The notes under the pieces are model-generated. The model had not been told where the DNA came from. It saw only the letters and a program-made list of their open reading frames with translations, and ran no database searches. From Bugula neritina (taxonomy: Eukaryota; Animalia; Bryozoa), in the NCBI GenBank assembly GCA_964035545.1, contig OZ037765.1:26349504-26413503 (forward strand): a DNA stretch of 64,000 nucleotides, in the 5' to 3' direction. Shown here in pieces: positions 36,598 through 52,089 of this stretch (position 1 is its first letter; each line of letters opens with the position of its first letter). A program made the translations under genes and the position numbers.

Positions 36598-39500
36598 ATG
36601 GACAGCTCAAAAGGAAATGACACGTTGGTGAGTATTTCAGCTATTTTCTAACAATTCAACTGGTTTTTCCTAATTAGCAAGATAGAATTAGACATGACTG
36701 ATTCACAACGACAACCTGAACCTTAGAACTATGAGAGTGACTCCAGCTCTAAGTCTAAATCGTTTTGATTTTGATTTTCAGAGTGAGAGTCACTGTCAGT
36801 CTCGGTGTCACTCTCACAGTCACTGTGAGACTGGGTGTGAGTGTTCGTGTGTAACGCAATGGCTTAGATTTAGTAATTGAGTTGAATGGCTAACACAGTT
36901 AGTCAGTTAGTGTTACCCTTAGTTTTACAATGGGTGTTGCAGTAGCACTGACAACTACAAACAAGTATTACTATTACAGTATTAGTAACATTAACAGTAC
37001 AATTACAGTGACTCAGCTGAGTTAGTGTTACTCTTACTGGTAGAAGTCTCAGCAGAACTATGACTTTTCGAAGTCCAAGGGCAAGTCAGGCTGATTTCTT
37101 TACCAGTTCACTGTTCTGTGTTCAGACATTACATTTTCGGACACGAATAATAAATTCAAGTCAACCAACGTTGTAAGACTATATTGAAATCAATTTTGAC
37201 TGACTTGCGAGTTATTCATTAACTTTAACTATGTAATTAATAATTATTATTATAGTCAATAGCAATATGTAAATATTTAATTTTATCTATACCAAGCAAT
37301 CACAATCCTCATGTGCACAATTTTATTTGACAGCAGTTAGTGAGTATTTCCTAAAAATTTCCACTTTGCATATCAACTGAAGAGAATGCACTAGCACCAT
37401 TAGCTCCAGTTCTTTTGATATTGGCATGTAAATGAATAATGATAATTAGATAATGAAATTAAAATAAATAATATAGTCATTTCCTAAACTCTACAGTGAC
37501 AATGTGCATATGTATATGTTGTGAACCTACGTCTCCCATTTATTTGTTACCTCGGCTCACCTGCTTATGCCCATTGATTTTATCATTAGAGAAATATTGC
37601 TAAATTTTACTACTTTTTTTACTCTTGGCTGCTACAATGCAGAGAGTCATTGGAATAACTTTCAAAAAACTGAAACACTGGCTATATCTTCCCCTGATTG
37701 GCAATAAAATAGAATTAGCAGGTTTCAAAGCCAATTGCACGTGTATTTGATTGAAAGTGTGAATATTAGTATACAATCACCAAAGTTCAAACTGTTATAG
37801 CCATTATGAATATTATCATTAAATTTGCTGATAAATGTACAACTTAAAGTCTAAGATTTTTGCCTTCAACTATAATATTGCGCTTAGGTTGTAAGTAAGA
37901 TATTTTAATATTACGTAAATTGAGCTTTAAATGGCTCTTATGGCTAAATTACAAGCCACCATTTGTTACACAATTGAGATTTGCCATCTTATGGCTATAT
38001 CTTAGGTTTTTCCTCCTCTAAAAAATGACCTGCTGCTACGAGCTGCTAGAGGAGAGAAAGTAGAAAGAGTACCAGTATGGGCTATGAGACAGGCAGGGCG
38101 GTATTTACCTGGTAAGCTTTTACATTTACATAGTTTACCAATTTTTGTAAAAAGCGCTAAAGTTTGCGATTTGAGTGAAATTTTTCATTGCCAAATCAAG
38201 TAAGTTCTGCTCTGTTTAATTGCTGAGCATGACTAATCAATTTTCCACATGAGTAATATCTTCTATTAAGATAAAAAGATTTTGCTATACTTAGCTTAAA
38301 CTGTCTAGTAATATTACAATTGATACTTCTGCAAGCTTTTTGAGTCAATAAAGAAGCTGACAGAATATTTACTTTGTATGCTTCTACAATAACTTTTATA
38401 TGGAAACAATTCTCATCGTTTTAACCGAAATTTCTTAGGGAGAGTTGTTGTATTCAGTTTGAAACTCCTAATTTTTTTGGCACTACCTTTATTAGATATG
38501 CAAATGTTTTCAGTTGTTTTTCAGAATTTAAAGCAGTTCGAGCTGATAATGAGTTCTTCAAAGTCTGCAGAACCCCTGAACTCGCATGTGAAGTGACACT
38601 GCAGGTAGATATGCATGCAAAAGTTAATGCGAATTATGTTCAGAAGAAAGGAGTTTGCATTTATTACCATAGTATAGTTATTAATCATCAGTTAGTACTT
38701 TTAGTTCATATTTTTCATTAAGTTAATCTATTCTTTAGCCTTTGCGAAGGTTTGACTTGGATGGATCAATAATATTTTCTGATATTCTGGTGGTGCCTCA
38801 GGCCTTAGGAATGACTGTAGAGATGATTCCTGGGAAGGTATTGTTATGATCTACATGGCATTATATCTTCAGTGTTGTATTGAATGTATTGCATCATTTT
38901 ATTTAAAGATTCTCGGACACTAAAGTCTGCTTATGAATATTTAGATAAGTCTTTGAACAAAATGGCTCGTTTTGCTGTATAACCAGCAATAGTCCTTAAC
39001 TAATATGCTTAATATATATATATAGCTAAGACTCTGAAAGCTCAAGCTAATAAAATTGCCATTGGTTCAAGCTGTTGAAAATGATATTCAAAGTTTAAGT
39101 AATATATCGATCTAGTCACAGCTGATGTGTATCTAGTACTGTGGTTAAATTGTATATATCTAAAGGTGGATGCTTCAGAATTTGTGGTTGTGTAATTATT
39201 TGAGCTAAAGTGCATAGAAACTTTTGAACAGAAACTTTCCATTGATATACTTGATATACAAGTGAATTTCTAAAGTACCTTTTGATTAATTAGCTAAATA
39301 AAATAGTTTAAAAATCTATTTATGTAACTGGAAAAGTGTCGAAGTAAATCTTGTTTGGCAAATTTTTTGCAAAAACTAAAAAATTGTTGTACTTCAAGTT
39401 TTTTTTAAGAGTTCCTGTTTGTTGCTTTTTTGTTTTTTCTACATAGATTTGTAATAACTCTGCAAAAGCTAGAGTTGAACAGGAAAAATTTGTAAAATAG

Positions 39501-41538
39501 GTTTTAGAAGCATTTATTTTGTGATTGAACTTCCAAAATGTTATACAGCTTATGATTGTGAAATTTTAGAGCTTATGTATGCCCCTTACTCAGCCAATCA
39601 GGGGTATGCATCAACATAACGTGGTTTAACATATTCTTTCTCTAATTTTCAATTGCAGAAATTATTAAAAGTGGCTAATTATTCTTAATTGCTAAGATTT
39701 TCATAAGGCGCAAGTTTTCCCCCAACACAGCTTCTTAGGAGTTTTCTATGGACTTTTTAAGGGCCCCTCATTTCCAGAGCCTTTAGTCAATCCTGAAGAT
39801 ATGGAAAAGTTGGACTTCAAGTGTGATGTTACCAAATCTCTCAGCTACGTGTATGAAGCCATCACATTAACTCGAATTAAAATTGATGGCCAATGTCCAC
39901 TATTAGGTTTTGCTGGTGCCCCAGTAAGTAATAACAACAAGCTATATCCCTTTTTAGTTAGTTTCCTATTTTGTTACAAGTGAATTTGTTTGTTGCTATA
40001 TTATGTTTCATCGAAGCCTGTTATCGGTAAACCATAAACATTATATATACTTATTTTTAGTGGACTCTCATGGGCTATATGATTGAAGGGGGTGGATCCA
40101 AGACTTTTTCCAAAGTCAAAAAATGGCTGTATTGCTACCCTGAAGCTAGTCACAAGTTATTGCAGCTTCTTGCTGACACCATAGTTGATCATCTGGTGGC
40201 ACAGATCTGTGCAGGCGCTCAGGTCAGGTAGAAAAATAAATCATTGTACAGGTGTTCTTCGGGTTGCTAGGTAACTGACATCTCATATTTACTGTCAAAA
40301 ACTAACCAAAACTAATTTACATACTCCAGATGTAATTTGTAAAGTGGCTGTGTGATATTTTATAAACTATAAAGTTTGAAAGATATAATGCTGTACTATT
40401 CATAGTGAAAAAATAGGCATTAACTATTGAATGCAATTTAAATATAATATTTCACTTTATTTGGTTGCGTGAAAAGTTGAAAGTTAATACTTATTCATGT
40501 GAAGCTGCATAATGGTACACCTTGTTAGCAGATCATAAATATCTTTCATTTGATAAAATACTTGGTGCAATTTGTTGCAGCTTCTCACAAAACTAACAAA
40601 TAATTATGTTTGTAGATGGTTCAGTTGTTTGAATCTAACGCTGGTATACTTGGCCCTCAACTATTTTATAAATTTTCTCTTCCTTACATTCGCTACATTT
40701 CTAAGAAAGTAAAAGAAAACCTGACTTCTAAAGGAGTAGAGCATGTCCCAATGGTAGGTAGGTGTGGGGGTGCTTCATTGGATAGGTGAAGCAAACACTC
40801 TTTATAACCTCGTATTTCAAGATGCTTTCTACCTAATGTAGAATTAATGAGCATGTGTTAGCTTTTGATATGAAGTTACCTTTTTTGCAATCATATTTTC
40901 ATCAGCTTGTTTATTTCTTGAACTTAGGAGTTGTCTAATTAATATATAAATACGGAGCAATTTAATGTCAATTATTTTCAGATTATTTTTGCCAAAGATG
41001 CTCATTACGCATTGGAAGAACTGAGTGAAAGCAACTATGAAGTTGTCAGTTTGGACTGGACTATTAAACCTAAAAATGCAAGAAGTCGTTGTGGAGAGAA
41101 TGTTACTCTACAAGGAAATCTAGATCCGTGTGCACTTTATGCCTCAAAAGTAAGATGGCACTCATAGTTGAATATTTTAATGATGCTTTGCAATTAGGCT
41201 TTTGAAGGTGTCGAGAAAGAGATCTGATTACATTAGTTACTTTGAAAGTTCTTGGACCATTTTTCCAACATGCTCAAAATACTAATTCAACAAAAACCCA
41301 ATTTCAGGGTTTTATATGATAATATTAGTGACATTCTCTAATCATATGACCATTAAACCATTATTCCATGTAGGAAGAGATTGCAAGTATTGCCAAGGAG
41401 TTGGTGGAGAGTTTTGGCACCAGACGTTGGATTGCTAACCTAGGGCATGGAATGTACCCTGATCATGATCCTGAACACCTGGGAGCTTTTATAGATGCGA
41501 TACATAAATATTCTGAGCAACCTTCTGATGAATTGTAA
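36598..41538 (+). CDS. UROD: Uroporphyrinogen decarboxylase
   Basis: Exons 36598-36627, 38006-38111, 38525-38604, 38739-38837, 39762-39923, 40061-40222, 40616-40753, 40982-41149, 41374-41538. Signatures [64 protein letters not shown]. Confidence 0.98.
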
Positions 41539-42251
41539 TAACACGAAGTATCACTTTTTGTTTAAAAATTACACATTGTATATGAGACAAATTATTTCTA
41601 TTTGAATGTTTTATACTTTAGTAGCTGCAATTTAGGATCTAAATAATTACAATTAGGTGCTGTTTTACAACCTTGATAAAGTTTACGTCATGTGATTTTA
41701 GGTTTTTGAAATATCTCTATTTTATAATAAGGCATCATGTTATCAATAAATTGTCAAAAAGGTGAAGATTTCGTCTTTTATTGTTAGTTCTTCATTACAA
41801 TAAAAATATGGATTATGTTTTAATATTAGTGAGAAAGGAACATAATAATGTAGTGGGTGTAACATATAGAGAAAAGTGGTTAAGGAATAAAAACTTGCTC
41901 ACATGGTAAGAATTATTAGCTAGATAAAGGATAAGATCTCTACTAGTGTTTTGAAATATAATAGACGATTCGCATATAATCTAGTTTTGCAATTCTAAAA
42001 TGTCGAAAACTTTTGCCCTGCAGTCTGCACACAGAGAGAATTCACACACTCTAAAGAATTACTGTACATAACTAACTTCTACAAATATGGAAGGCTGTAT
42101 GAAGTATTTCATGTACTCCAACGCAAAGCTCACGTACAATAATAAGTGCCCAATCAAACAACATAAATTGACAATTGCAGCCAATTGTACATTGAAAATT
42201 AAATAATTATGACGGAATATTATCAACACTAAGAGAATTTACATAGCTCAC

Positions 42252-45200
42252 TCAATCTATTTTGATGGCTCCGTATATTTTACGAATAAATATATAGGCA
42301 GCATAAAAGCCTATTGTCCCAGTAAGCATCCAGAATGAGAGAGCCATTAGGAATGAGTATACAAAGTAGAGCAGAGTAGGGGTAAATCCCATGATGTCTA
42401 GACGATTGAAGAAATAGAATACTGAGTAACCCATAAGATATAAAGCGGAGCCTCCACTTACTACAAATGACTTCCACCACCAATGGTAATCCTGCAAGAC
42501 AGAAATGCAACAGTAATACTGATACCAACTACAACAGCGTATATATAAGCTGAATTACAGTAGCTTCAACAACTGACATAAGATGCATCACCTCAAAAGA
42601 TTATAAGGAAAAGTTAATAAATTTACGAGAAATACCAATACTCTGTAATTTTTTCCAATTTTTTAAACATTATCACCATACCCAATGTCAAACAACTTCT
42701 CATATAAAACTATAATAGCATGGCCACTGTTCTTACCAAATTAACCATAAAAGCATCAAGTAACCTAAACCTTATTTTGCTATACAAATAAATTGCCAGA
42801 TAAAAGACTAGAGTTTACCCTGCAGGTTTACTCACCTCAGCACACAGCTGGAAGTAGACAAGTACAATTGAGATTTGTGAACAAGCTATTACTAGAATCA
42901 CGTATACAATGAAGAGGAAACCAAAGAGATAATAGAACTGGTTCTGCCACAGCGCCTACAAACAACAGAGCAAATTTAGTAGATGAACATAGAAAAAGTA
43001 ACACAACCACATGCATGCACTAACTAGTGATATCAAGGTGCTCATTCCTGGGTGTAAAATTATACATTGGCTATTGGGTTTGTGTGCATTACACGAAATG
43101 ATCCAAATGTTGTGCTAGTTGCATTTGCTACCTCTTCCTTAGAAACGCATGCTCTGTAGAAACTTAAAGACATTTCAAATTTTTCAAAAATATGATTTCT
43201 AAAATTTGACCCAGTAGCAAAAAATTTTTGACAGTCCCTGAAATTTGAACTGCATTTCCAGTTCAGTTTGTAACTCTGAACATCAAAGACGTACATGAAA
43301 TGAAATAGAGAAAAAATCCAACAACTAACATTTACATAAAACTTGACAAAACCTAACTTGAGATTGGGCTCGATCATTGAATAGTGCTAGCAAAAGCAAT
43401 ACCTGATGAAAACTCAAAATGTGAATATTATGTTAAGATGCTTAGCAAATAAAGTAGATACAGCATAAGATGTATTACAGAACTTACAGAAAAAATGAAG
43501 AAAAGCTCGATGAACATGGCTCCAAATGGTAAGATACCAGCAATCAAAGCTCTACAAGAATAAAGTAATAGATATGGTTAATGAAACTTGAGAACTAAAA
43601 GATTGTGCAGTTTATTTAATATACAGAAACAAATCTATTAGTATCACAGCAGGATCATGGAGCACTTACGCTGGGATAGGGGAGAGATACCAGGGCTGCT
43701 CTGGTACCTGACGGGGAATCTGATTGGTTCTTACTGGATGATCATAAGGATGTTTCCTGTAACCGAAGAAGAAGCCCAAGAACACCAGCGGCACTGATAT
43801 TCCAAACCACAGAGCCAAAATGGCCAGCATGGTTGTGAATGGAATCTGTAAAACAGAAAATGAAAAAGCATTGTCAACATTTATATAGAGTCACCCTTAA
43901 TTAAAAATAAAATATCCTTTCTTTTTAACTCAAGTAAACATTTTTCTGTTAATATATTAGCTTTTTGTTCAGCAAATATGTAGACAGAATACCAGTCATA
44001 ACCTTCTAGACCAATCAAGTAGACTCACCGCTCCTGAGGATTTCTTGCCCCAGATGAAGAAATTCATGAGGAATCCACAGCCACAGATCAGAAGGGGATA
44101 CAAACAGCTAGTCTGTAAAAGTATGGAATGAAATATATAATAGAATTGCACATTTCTCTCTAATTTTCACCAAAAAAAGTCTGTAGCTGAGCATTAAATG
44201 TCTGCTATTTAGTGTTAAATATTTTACAACAGTAATGTATGTAGAAATTCGAAAAATGAATAGTCAAGTGAAATGCTGACCATCAAAGCTGCTCTTTTCC
44301 ATTTCAAGCCTTTCAAAGTCTTATACATTCGACCAGCATGGAATCCAGCAATTAATCTGCAAAAAAAGCAAGTACTCTAAAATGGTAGACCATGTCCGGT
44401 GCAACTCTGCAACATGAAGCTAAACAAAACTCAGTAAAATTTTATGGTGTCCCAAATGCAAATACATTAACAAACGCAAGTATGTATTATATGTATATGT
44501 AGCTTCACAATAGTATGCATTACATGCTATAGTTAAAAGATTACAGCAGGAGATGTGTGGTTTTCTCACCCCATAAAGACGTAGACAAGAATGCCAGCAG
44601 TCATGAGTGTCCCTCTGTTAGCGGGTGACAGCATACCCAGCATAGCAATGCCTATACAAACAAACCACTATATCTTACAGAACACAGCCAAATTACTCTA
44701 TTTTCACTAGATGCTGTTTAATAACTTTTTCATTTGCTGAAACATTTTGTGCACATTTCTTTATAAAAAATATCATCTGAATGTTCAATTTATTACTTTC
44801 AACCTGTCGAGTCCGTCAAGTTGTGATCATTAGATAGTGAAATGAAGGGTAATAGCTTAGATAGTAGGTACTAAGTTCTTCAACCAGCAATGGAAACTAG
44901 AAAAATAATCAGCAAGAAAAGCTAGCCATAAAAACTGTCTTACTGAAAAGAGTATACTGACCAATAAGAAGAGAGGTGAGACCAAACAGCTGCACACCAG
45001 TTCCCAACAGAGCACTGAGGAACATGTGATATCTCGGAGGTCTGAACACGTCTCCATGCACCAACTTCCACCCAGATTCCTCCAGAGCCTCTTCCTGAAT
45101 GTCCACAGAAAACACAGAGCTTTATTAGGTGTTTGAGAAAAAAGGGTTTAGTGGAAAAATTTCAAAATTAAATTAAGAGTCATTCAAATTCATTTAATAC

Positions 45201-48200
45201 ATATAAATATTTTATATTTCACCGGCCACTACTACTACATCCCCTCAGAGTATATACTATTATTCGTGATAATCGCTCACCTTGAACACAAAACTCAGGA
45301 CATTGATAGGTAAGCAATGCAATTAAATAATTCACATTATTGAGTCAATCTTATGCTTGAAAAGGCATTCATTTCTATTTCAATAAAACTCACGCAATTT
45401 TATGCACGGTTTTATTAAGTTAGAAATCCACTCCAATATGTAGGAGAAAATCAATGCTTTCGAGTTTCGCCTACAGAGTAAAGCTGATGCACTTCAGAAA
45501 GGTACTAGTTTTAAAATATAGAAAATTTAGGAAGCGCATGACAAATATCCAGCAAAGCCAGACTAGTGTATACCATGAACATTAATAAAGACAATACTGT
45601 ATATTATCACAATATGATATAAGACTAACAAGTTCTTACCATTTCCTCATCAAGTTTATTGTAGTTAGCAATATCTCTTTTCAGTGTCCTGACAATAATG
45701 GCTGCAAGAACTCCGGCCAGGAAAAAAATGACCACAATAGAGTTGAGGATGGAGAACCAGTGAATCTGAGCATTACTCATGGAGAGGTAGATATCCCAGC
45801 GAGATGCCCATTTCACTTCACTCTTCTCCCAGTACAATGAGTAGGTGAAGTCAACTTTAATATCTCCTACATACAAGAGGAGCAGACAGCATTGAGCTCT
45901 ACGTTGTTCTTACAATTGCTTTTGTACAGCATAATGTTGAATAGGAGGTCAATGCTATGGTGCAGAAATCATTAGCTGAAGTGTCAGGTTAGAAATACTT
46001 TGTAACATAATGCTTACAGAAAATATATACCTTGCACAGTATCTGTGCATGAGGAGAAAACTTCCAAACATCCAACTACATTTTTATGGTTTGCAGAAAG
46101 GAGAAAAACACTTATATAATAATAACAACAATAACAAATAGTGTATTATATCAACTACACACAACATACTATGTTTACAGATATGAAGCATAATTTAATT
46201 TGTTTTACTACTATTTGCAATTAAAAATTGAACCATTCTAATGACAAGTCTCAATCGGAACATAGTTTTCTGGTTAGTATAAGATCATGAAATCAGTTGT
46301 CCAAACACACCTTTAGGGTCCTTAGGAATCTCATAAAACTCAAACTGATCACTTTTACTATTCTCGGGCCGCCTGCAGTTCTTCAAAGGCACAACATTTT
46401 CATCAGTCATTTCTTTGGCACACGGTTCAGGGGAAGTGTTAGGTGCGTCCAACAGCTCACCATTCGCCAAGCTGCATAAGATCAAGCAGTTTCGGTATAT
46501 GGCTATTTTTAACAGTTACAAGATAAATACAATTAATCCATTTCCAAACAAACAACAACATGCATGTCCACTTAATTTTGGCCCACAGCACATGTTTATA
46601 TACATGTACTAGGTAAATACTTGAGCAGCTTTCCCTAGAGCCTTAGCCCACAAGGTCATAGACTGCCCTCTTAGCAAATATATTACTACTTTTGTCTCAC
46701 AGTGTCAATATCTAATCCAGATTATATCTTTTACACACTTTATAGCCAAGCAAAGGCTTAGCATAGCACTACACCACAGAAGCTCATGTGAAAACAGCTT
46801 TTAACCAAAGTAGATGATTAACAACTCAGGCTGACATACAAGAAACAATGATTTGGACGTGTAAGAAAATACTGCACACCTTTTAGGACGAACTTCAAAT
46901 CCAACAATTCTAAAAACACCCTCATAATAGTGATATCTGACAGTGAACTCCAGGTGGTTGTGGAGGTAGACTTTGCCTGAGATGATCATACCAAGCATAT
47001 AGCCATTCTCGTACTGTCTCTTTCCACTGCGGCTGGTGTATGGCGTGGCTATGGGCAAGTTGTCTGTCAGTCTAGAGGCAATAGTATTGGTGACATAATA
47101 AACAGTATATCTGTGCACTAAACATAACGCTGACAACAATGCATTGTTATGATTTACATTTCTCCGGTTTTAATAATAATGATCTTAGATTTCCCAACTA
47201 CAGTAGAATCAATATCATGTCATGTTGATATGCAATGAATGTCCAAGACAATAAACTTCCTAAACTAACAGACAGTTTTGTCAAATTTCATGAGGGTAGT
47301 AAGCACAAAAATTCAACTAATTTTTTTACCAAGTTTCACTAATTGCAAATTCTTCATTTATTGAACCTTTTGAGGAGTTAATAGAAGAAAAGGGGTATTT
47401 TCTGATGAACACTCTCTGGCCAAAGCGTGGTAATGCAAATTATTCAACATGCAGTAAATACACCTTTTAGAAAAACAGGCACTAACAAATGATCCTAATA
47501 ACAAAATTTTATTCTCAATTGCTGATTTAGATATTAGGTAAATATATGAACAAAACAAATTAAAAAATAACTATTCAATACTCAATGTATTTAAACCTTC
47601 TACTATATTAGTCCACTTAGTAAATGATTTCACATTAACACAATTAATCTTTGAAATATATTAATCTATCAATTTAAAATCCATTATTTGTCAAACAAGT
47701 GTTTTTTACGAACACATGTTTGAATATTGTATAACATAAACTGGTCTTTGCCATACATAGTGATATAAAAAATACATTGAGACTGTAAACCCACACACAG
47801 TATAAACACAGTTTACACAGTACTCTATGTATTCCCCATAGACACAGTATACTATGACTACTCCATATACACAGAGTACACAATGCTGATAAGTAAACAC
47901 TTACAGGTGCACATGATAGTCTTGTTGGATCCTCTTATACAGCAATCTCTGCTGGTCCACATTTAGATTCTGTCCTTTACACAAAATCTTGCACTGATCA
48001 GTTCGGTTTACTCGAAACTAGAAAGCATCATAATAATTATGTAATTATCAAGCTAAAAAATGCAAGACAAATTTATCTATGCTAGCAACTGAATGTTAGA
48101 GCTTATTAGAAAATAATTGTTATAAATATTTTTAATAAGCTCTAACATTATAAATTGATAACATGTTGCTAATAATAAATACACAAATAAGAATTATCAA

Positions 48201-51175
48201 CACTATAATTCTAAAAGACCAGCTGTAAAAATAACTCTACTGCCTGACTTAACACATTTCACATATAGGACTGCTTAGGGGAACTAGTGTTAGGTTACAA
48301 GTGACTATACAATGCCACAGTAAAAATTATGAAAGGTATGTGATATGTCGACACAGTACATAGTACACAGACTAGCGCACAATATAACATCATACTTCCA
48401 ATACACTATATTCATAATATTATTATTTGTATTATTAATATTATATTAACAATACTATTTTCATATCACTATACAAAACTCCAAGCTCAATTTTAATTTT
48501 TGTAATTTTAAACCATTATTTATACGTTGAAATACAAATGTTGTGAGACAATGACTTTAAAAAAGCTGTCAACTTGATCCTTGATATATTGCATCACATA
48601 CCTGATATGGTGTAAGTACAATTCGATCTCCTCTTAGCACTTCTCCTAAATTTTCTGCTTTGTAAGTCACATCTGGTGGTGCACAGAACGGCAAAGAATA
48701 ATATTCATAGGGAAGTTGGGTCCTAATACTAGTTAGTTTCACTGCCTGGAAATAACACAAGTAAATACAGAGTTAAAACTATCTACAACTTTTATTTCTG
48801 AAGTTATCTGTAAATATCATTCGATGCAGATGGAATCTCAGAGTGTATGAAATTTTCAATTTTTTTTTTGTGAACTCAAAAACTATAACATCTGGCCAGA
48901 CAACAAAAGTATAGAAGTATTTCGAGACATAAAGTAATGTCCCCAACAAATTTGCCACCCTAACACCAGCAACTTTGTAACACTGAGCATAAAACTTTCA
49001 TTTCTATTAATCTTATAAAGCAACCTGAAGTTTAGTCTCATCATATTATAGATGTGATTAGGTTTCATTGTCAATTCCAGTGAAACATTTTTTTAAATAT
49101 AATGCTTATGTGATGATTACTACATCAATTCATGGATTATATTGTAGAACATAGATGTATATATTCTGGTTTTAACAGCATGGCTTAAATGATGATCAAA
49201 AGAGATTATAAGGATTTTGTGAAATAGCTACTAACATACCAAGACTTTGGCTTCTGAACATGATGAATACTCTTCAGGGGCCACGCCAGGTGCAATAAAC
49301 CCCAACACTTGATGTAAGCTGAGGATGACTAGTAAACCTGCCTGAAAACATAAATCACACAAATAAAACTGTTGTTATTCCTGGACAAGTAAACATTTAG
49401 TATTTTTATTCTTACAGTGTAATTTCCTAAAAGAACCATCTTTTCAGTGGAATCTTGAATCTTCTTTCTTTGAGCAATGAAAAATTTCTACCATGATGTA
49501 GAATACAGTACACGGCTTAAACTAAAATGTATTCAAACTTGCTTGTCCGTATTAAAAACAGAAGAGCAAGTTTAATTAATCTGATGTTGGTGAAAATTTA
49601 AGCCTAACATTTTTTATAGTTTGATAATTGCACTTGGTTGCATTATTTTTACATTTTACAAAGATATTAAGTTACGCTACCAAGTTGAAAACCAGGCTAA
49701 TATTAAATTTAATAATTTTAGGGGAACAATTGCCACTCTTATCATTTTCACAGTATTAATTATAATAAATAAATAACTCTAAACTTTAAACATTACAATA
49801 ATAAAAGTAGTAACAAGTTGAAAGACAACTATTATACCACAAATACTAAATGTAACATACAGTAATTTACGTTGGTAGTAAATGTAATAAAACTACTCCA
49901 ACTTTAACTAGCAGTTTTAACAATATACTACAATGATGATTGTAATGGAAAAAATAACAGCAATTCAAATTGTAACAATAAAATAATAATTAAAATAGTA
50001 GTAATAAAATTGAATAGCTGTGGGATTTCTTACAATCAATTGATATATTCATAGTAATACTGAAAGTATATAGTCACAATTGATGTAAAACTACATATAC
50101 CTGTATCACTATTAGTAGCCGTAGTACTAGGAGTATACGAGTATCAGTATCACTAAAACGTATTGTAAATCACTAAATTGAACATATTTTTTTTATTTTA
50201 ACAATTGGTATGCTATTACTATTGGTATTAGTAAGAGTCACTATTAGTATTAATTTTAATCATAACCATTAATTATGAGTATCGCTATCTGGGTCTTAAA
50301 GTTAATAACTTATAGTTATACTTATAGACTACAATTAAGTAATAATAGCAATAATTATAGTGATACTGATAATGATAGAGAAAGACTAATGCCAAGTCTT
50401 ACACCATTTTTATTTTATAATTTAAATCTAGAACTCAGTTTTATCATTAGAAAAAAATACTTTTAGTTTCTTTCGCTTCAAATTTAACTTTTACTTTTAG
50501 TTTCAAGTTTATCCATTCTCATTCTGATTCAGTTGGAATTTAATTTCAAGCTTACTACATTTAGTTTTACTATTAGAACCTGACACTAGAGTTTGGGGTC
50601 AGGTCAGTAAATCACTAAATACTCATAGCCATACTGATATTGATAGGGTGTCAGCGATTGGCTCACCCTGACAGTCACACTCACAGTGACTAAAAGTCAA
50701 AGTGAAAGAAAGATATTTTATTTATAAATTATTACGTACCCAATTACTGAATTAGAATAATGATAATCTGAATAGATTGGAATAGAATAAAATAGCAATA
50801 GTTATACTTATAGTTATAGTAATAGTCATAGTCAATGCCATAGTGATTGAATGTAATACTAATACTATAATAGTAATAGTTAATGTTAATTCAAATTGTT
50901 ATACTATCACTTTATCATTTCATTATCTTAGACTTAATCTTATGCTTAAGTTTAAGTTACTTATGGTTAGTGTTACTGATCACTGATCAGTAATTGGATA
51001 AGATGTAAAACCTTTTTAAAAATAATGTTAAGTTCAATATAGTGATTTGTTTTAAATATTAGTAGCTAAATTTAATATTTATGAAAAATCAAAGCGCCTT
51101 AAACTATTATTGCTTCGTAGTTGGGTAAAAGAAACAAACCTTTAATTGTAAATGAAATCCCAAGCGTATCGCCAT
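42252..51175 (-). CDS. TM9SF4: Transmembrane 9 superfamily member 4 (nonaspanin)
   Basis: First exon 51175-51140 ([12 protein letters not shown]) joins in frame to the exon starting 49341 (signal peptide..FIAPGVAP). Then [90 protein letters not shown], ending IYGAIKID* (KxD/E Golgi motif, TM9SF4-like). Confidence 0.95.
48092..48149. repeat. Inverted repeat (17-bp perfect arms, AT-rich spacer) in a TM9SF4 intron
   Basis: AATGTTAGAGCTTATTA (48092-48108) and TAATAAGCTCTAACATT (48133-48149). Confidence 0.85.
50100..51000. repeat. 3/6-periodic low-complexity tract in TM9SF4 intron 1
   Basis: Runs such as AGTTATACTTATAGTTATAGTAATAGTCATAGTCA and GATACTGATAATGATAGA; same style as 35420-35965. Confidence 0.7.
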
Positions 51176-51420
51176 TTTGACGTGTTGTTATCAAATAGTA
51201 CCAGCTTGCGGTTATAACGACATCTAATTGAGTTTCTATAGTTTCAAGGTCGATGACTCTGAAGTTATTTTCTGTTTGAGAAGTGTCAAGAAAACACAAC
51301 TTTCAAATACAACTATATCCGCGCTTTCTAACAATGTAATTCAAACCATTTATTTTTATTTCGGTTCCTGAAGCAAGTACAACCAATACAGATGCTATGC
51401 AACGCTGTACTTGGTTATTG
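51080..51420. promoter_or_regulatory. Putative bidirectional promoter region TM9SF4/ENOSF1
   Basis: Locally CpG-enriched segment around and upstream of the TM9SF4 ATG. YY1-like AAAATGGCG overlaps the start codon. ENOSF1 begins ~0.9 kb away in the opposite orientation. Confidence 0.5.
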
Positions 51421-52089
51421 TTTATGCAATTTTAAACATGGCAGCTTTTCCAACATTGAAAAACTAATGCCAATTTATAGTGACTTGTTTATTAGTTTCA
51501 ATTCAGCTATGAGAACAAAATGTTCAAGTTTTTGCAAGCTATGGACTTTCCTTCTTTAGAAATTAGAAGTTGTAGTAATATGAGTTTTGAAGTAGCTGAG
51601 AAGCAGTTTTGCAGAATGCTCTTTTTTCACAATGATATAGTAGACCACCAACCCAACGCAACTACCCCTGGCTTCTAGATAGTGCCATGCCCTACTTTCC
51701 AGCTATTGACCTAGCATCTTAACTGCCCAATAAAATATTACTATTTCATTTCATTGCAAATTACAACAGCACATTTATGGTGTTACTAGAACTCTTCCAG
51801 CGAACTATCAAATGCTCCCCAGCATAAAATGTGTATTGCTAGAGTTGCATGTTTACTGGCTAAACATAAATATGTTTACATCTAAACAAACTAGTGCAAA
51901 TTAAAACGATAACTTTGTATAGATTTATTTAGATTTGTATTATATTGTGAATAGAATTACTGCCCTCATAGTACAGCTACTGTGACTCTGATTGGTTTAT
52001 AAATTGATAAGGATGAACACTGTAGCCCATGGTAAAGATAACAAGCAGCTGCATGACCATCTCATTTGGCTGTCTGCTGTTGAACAAAC

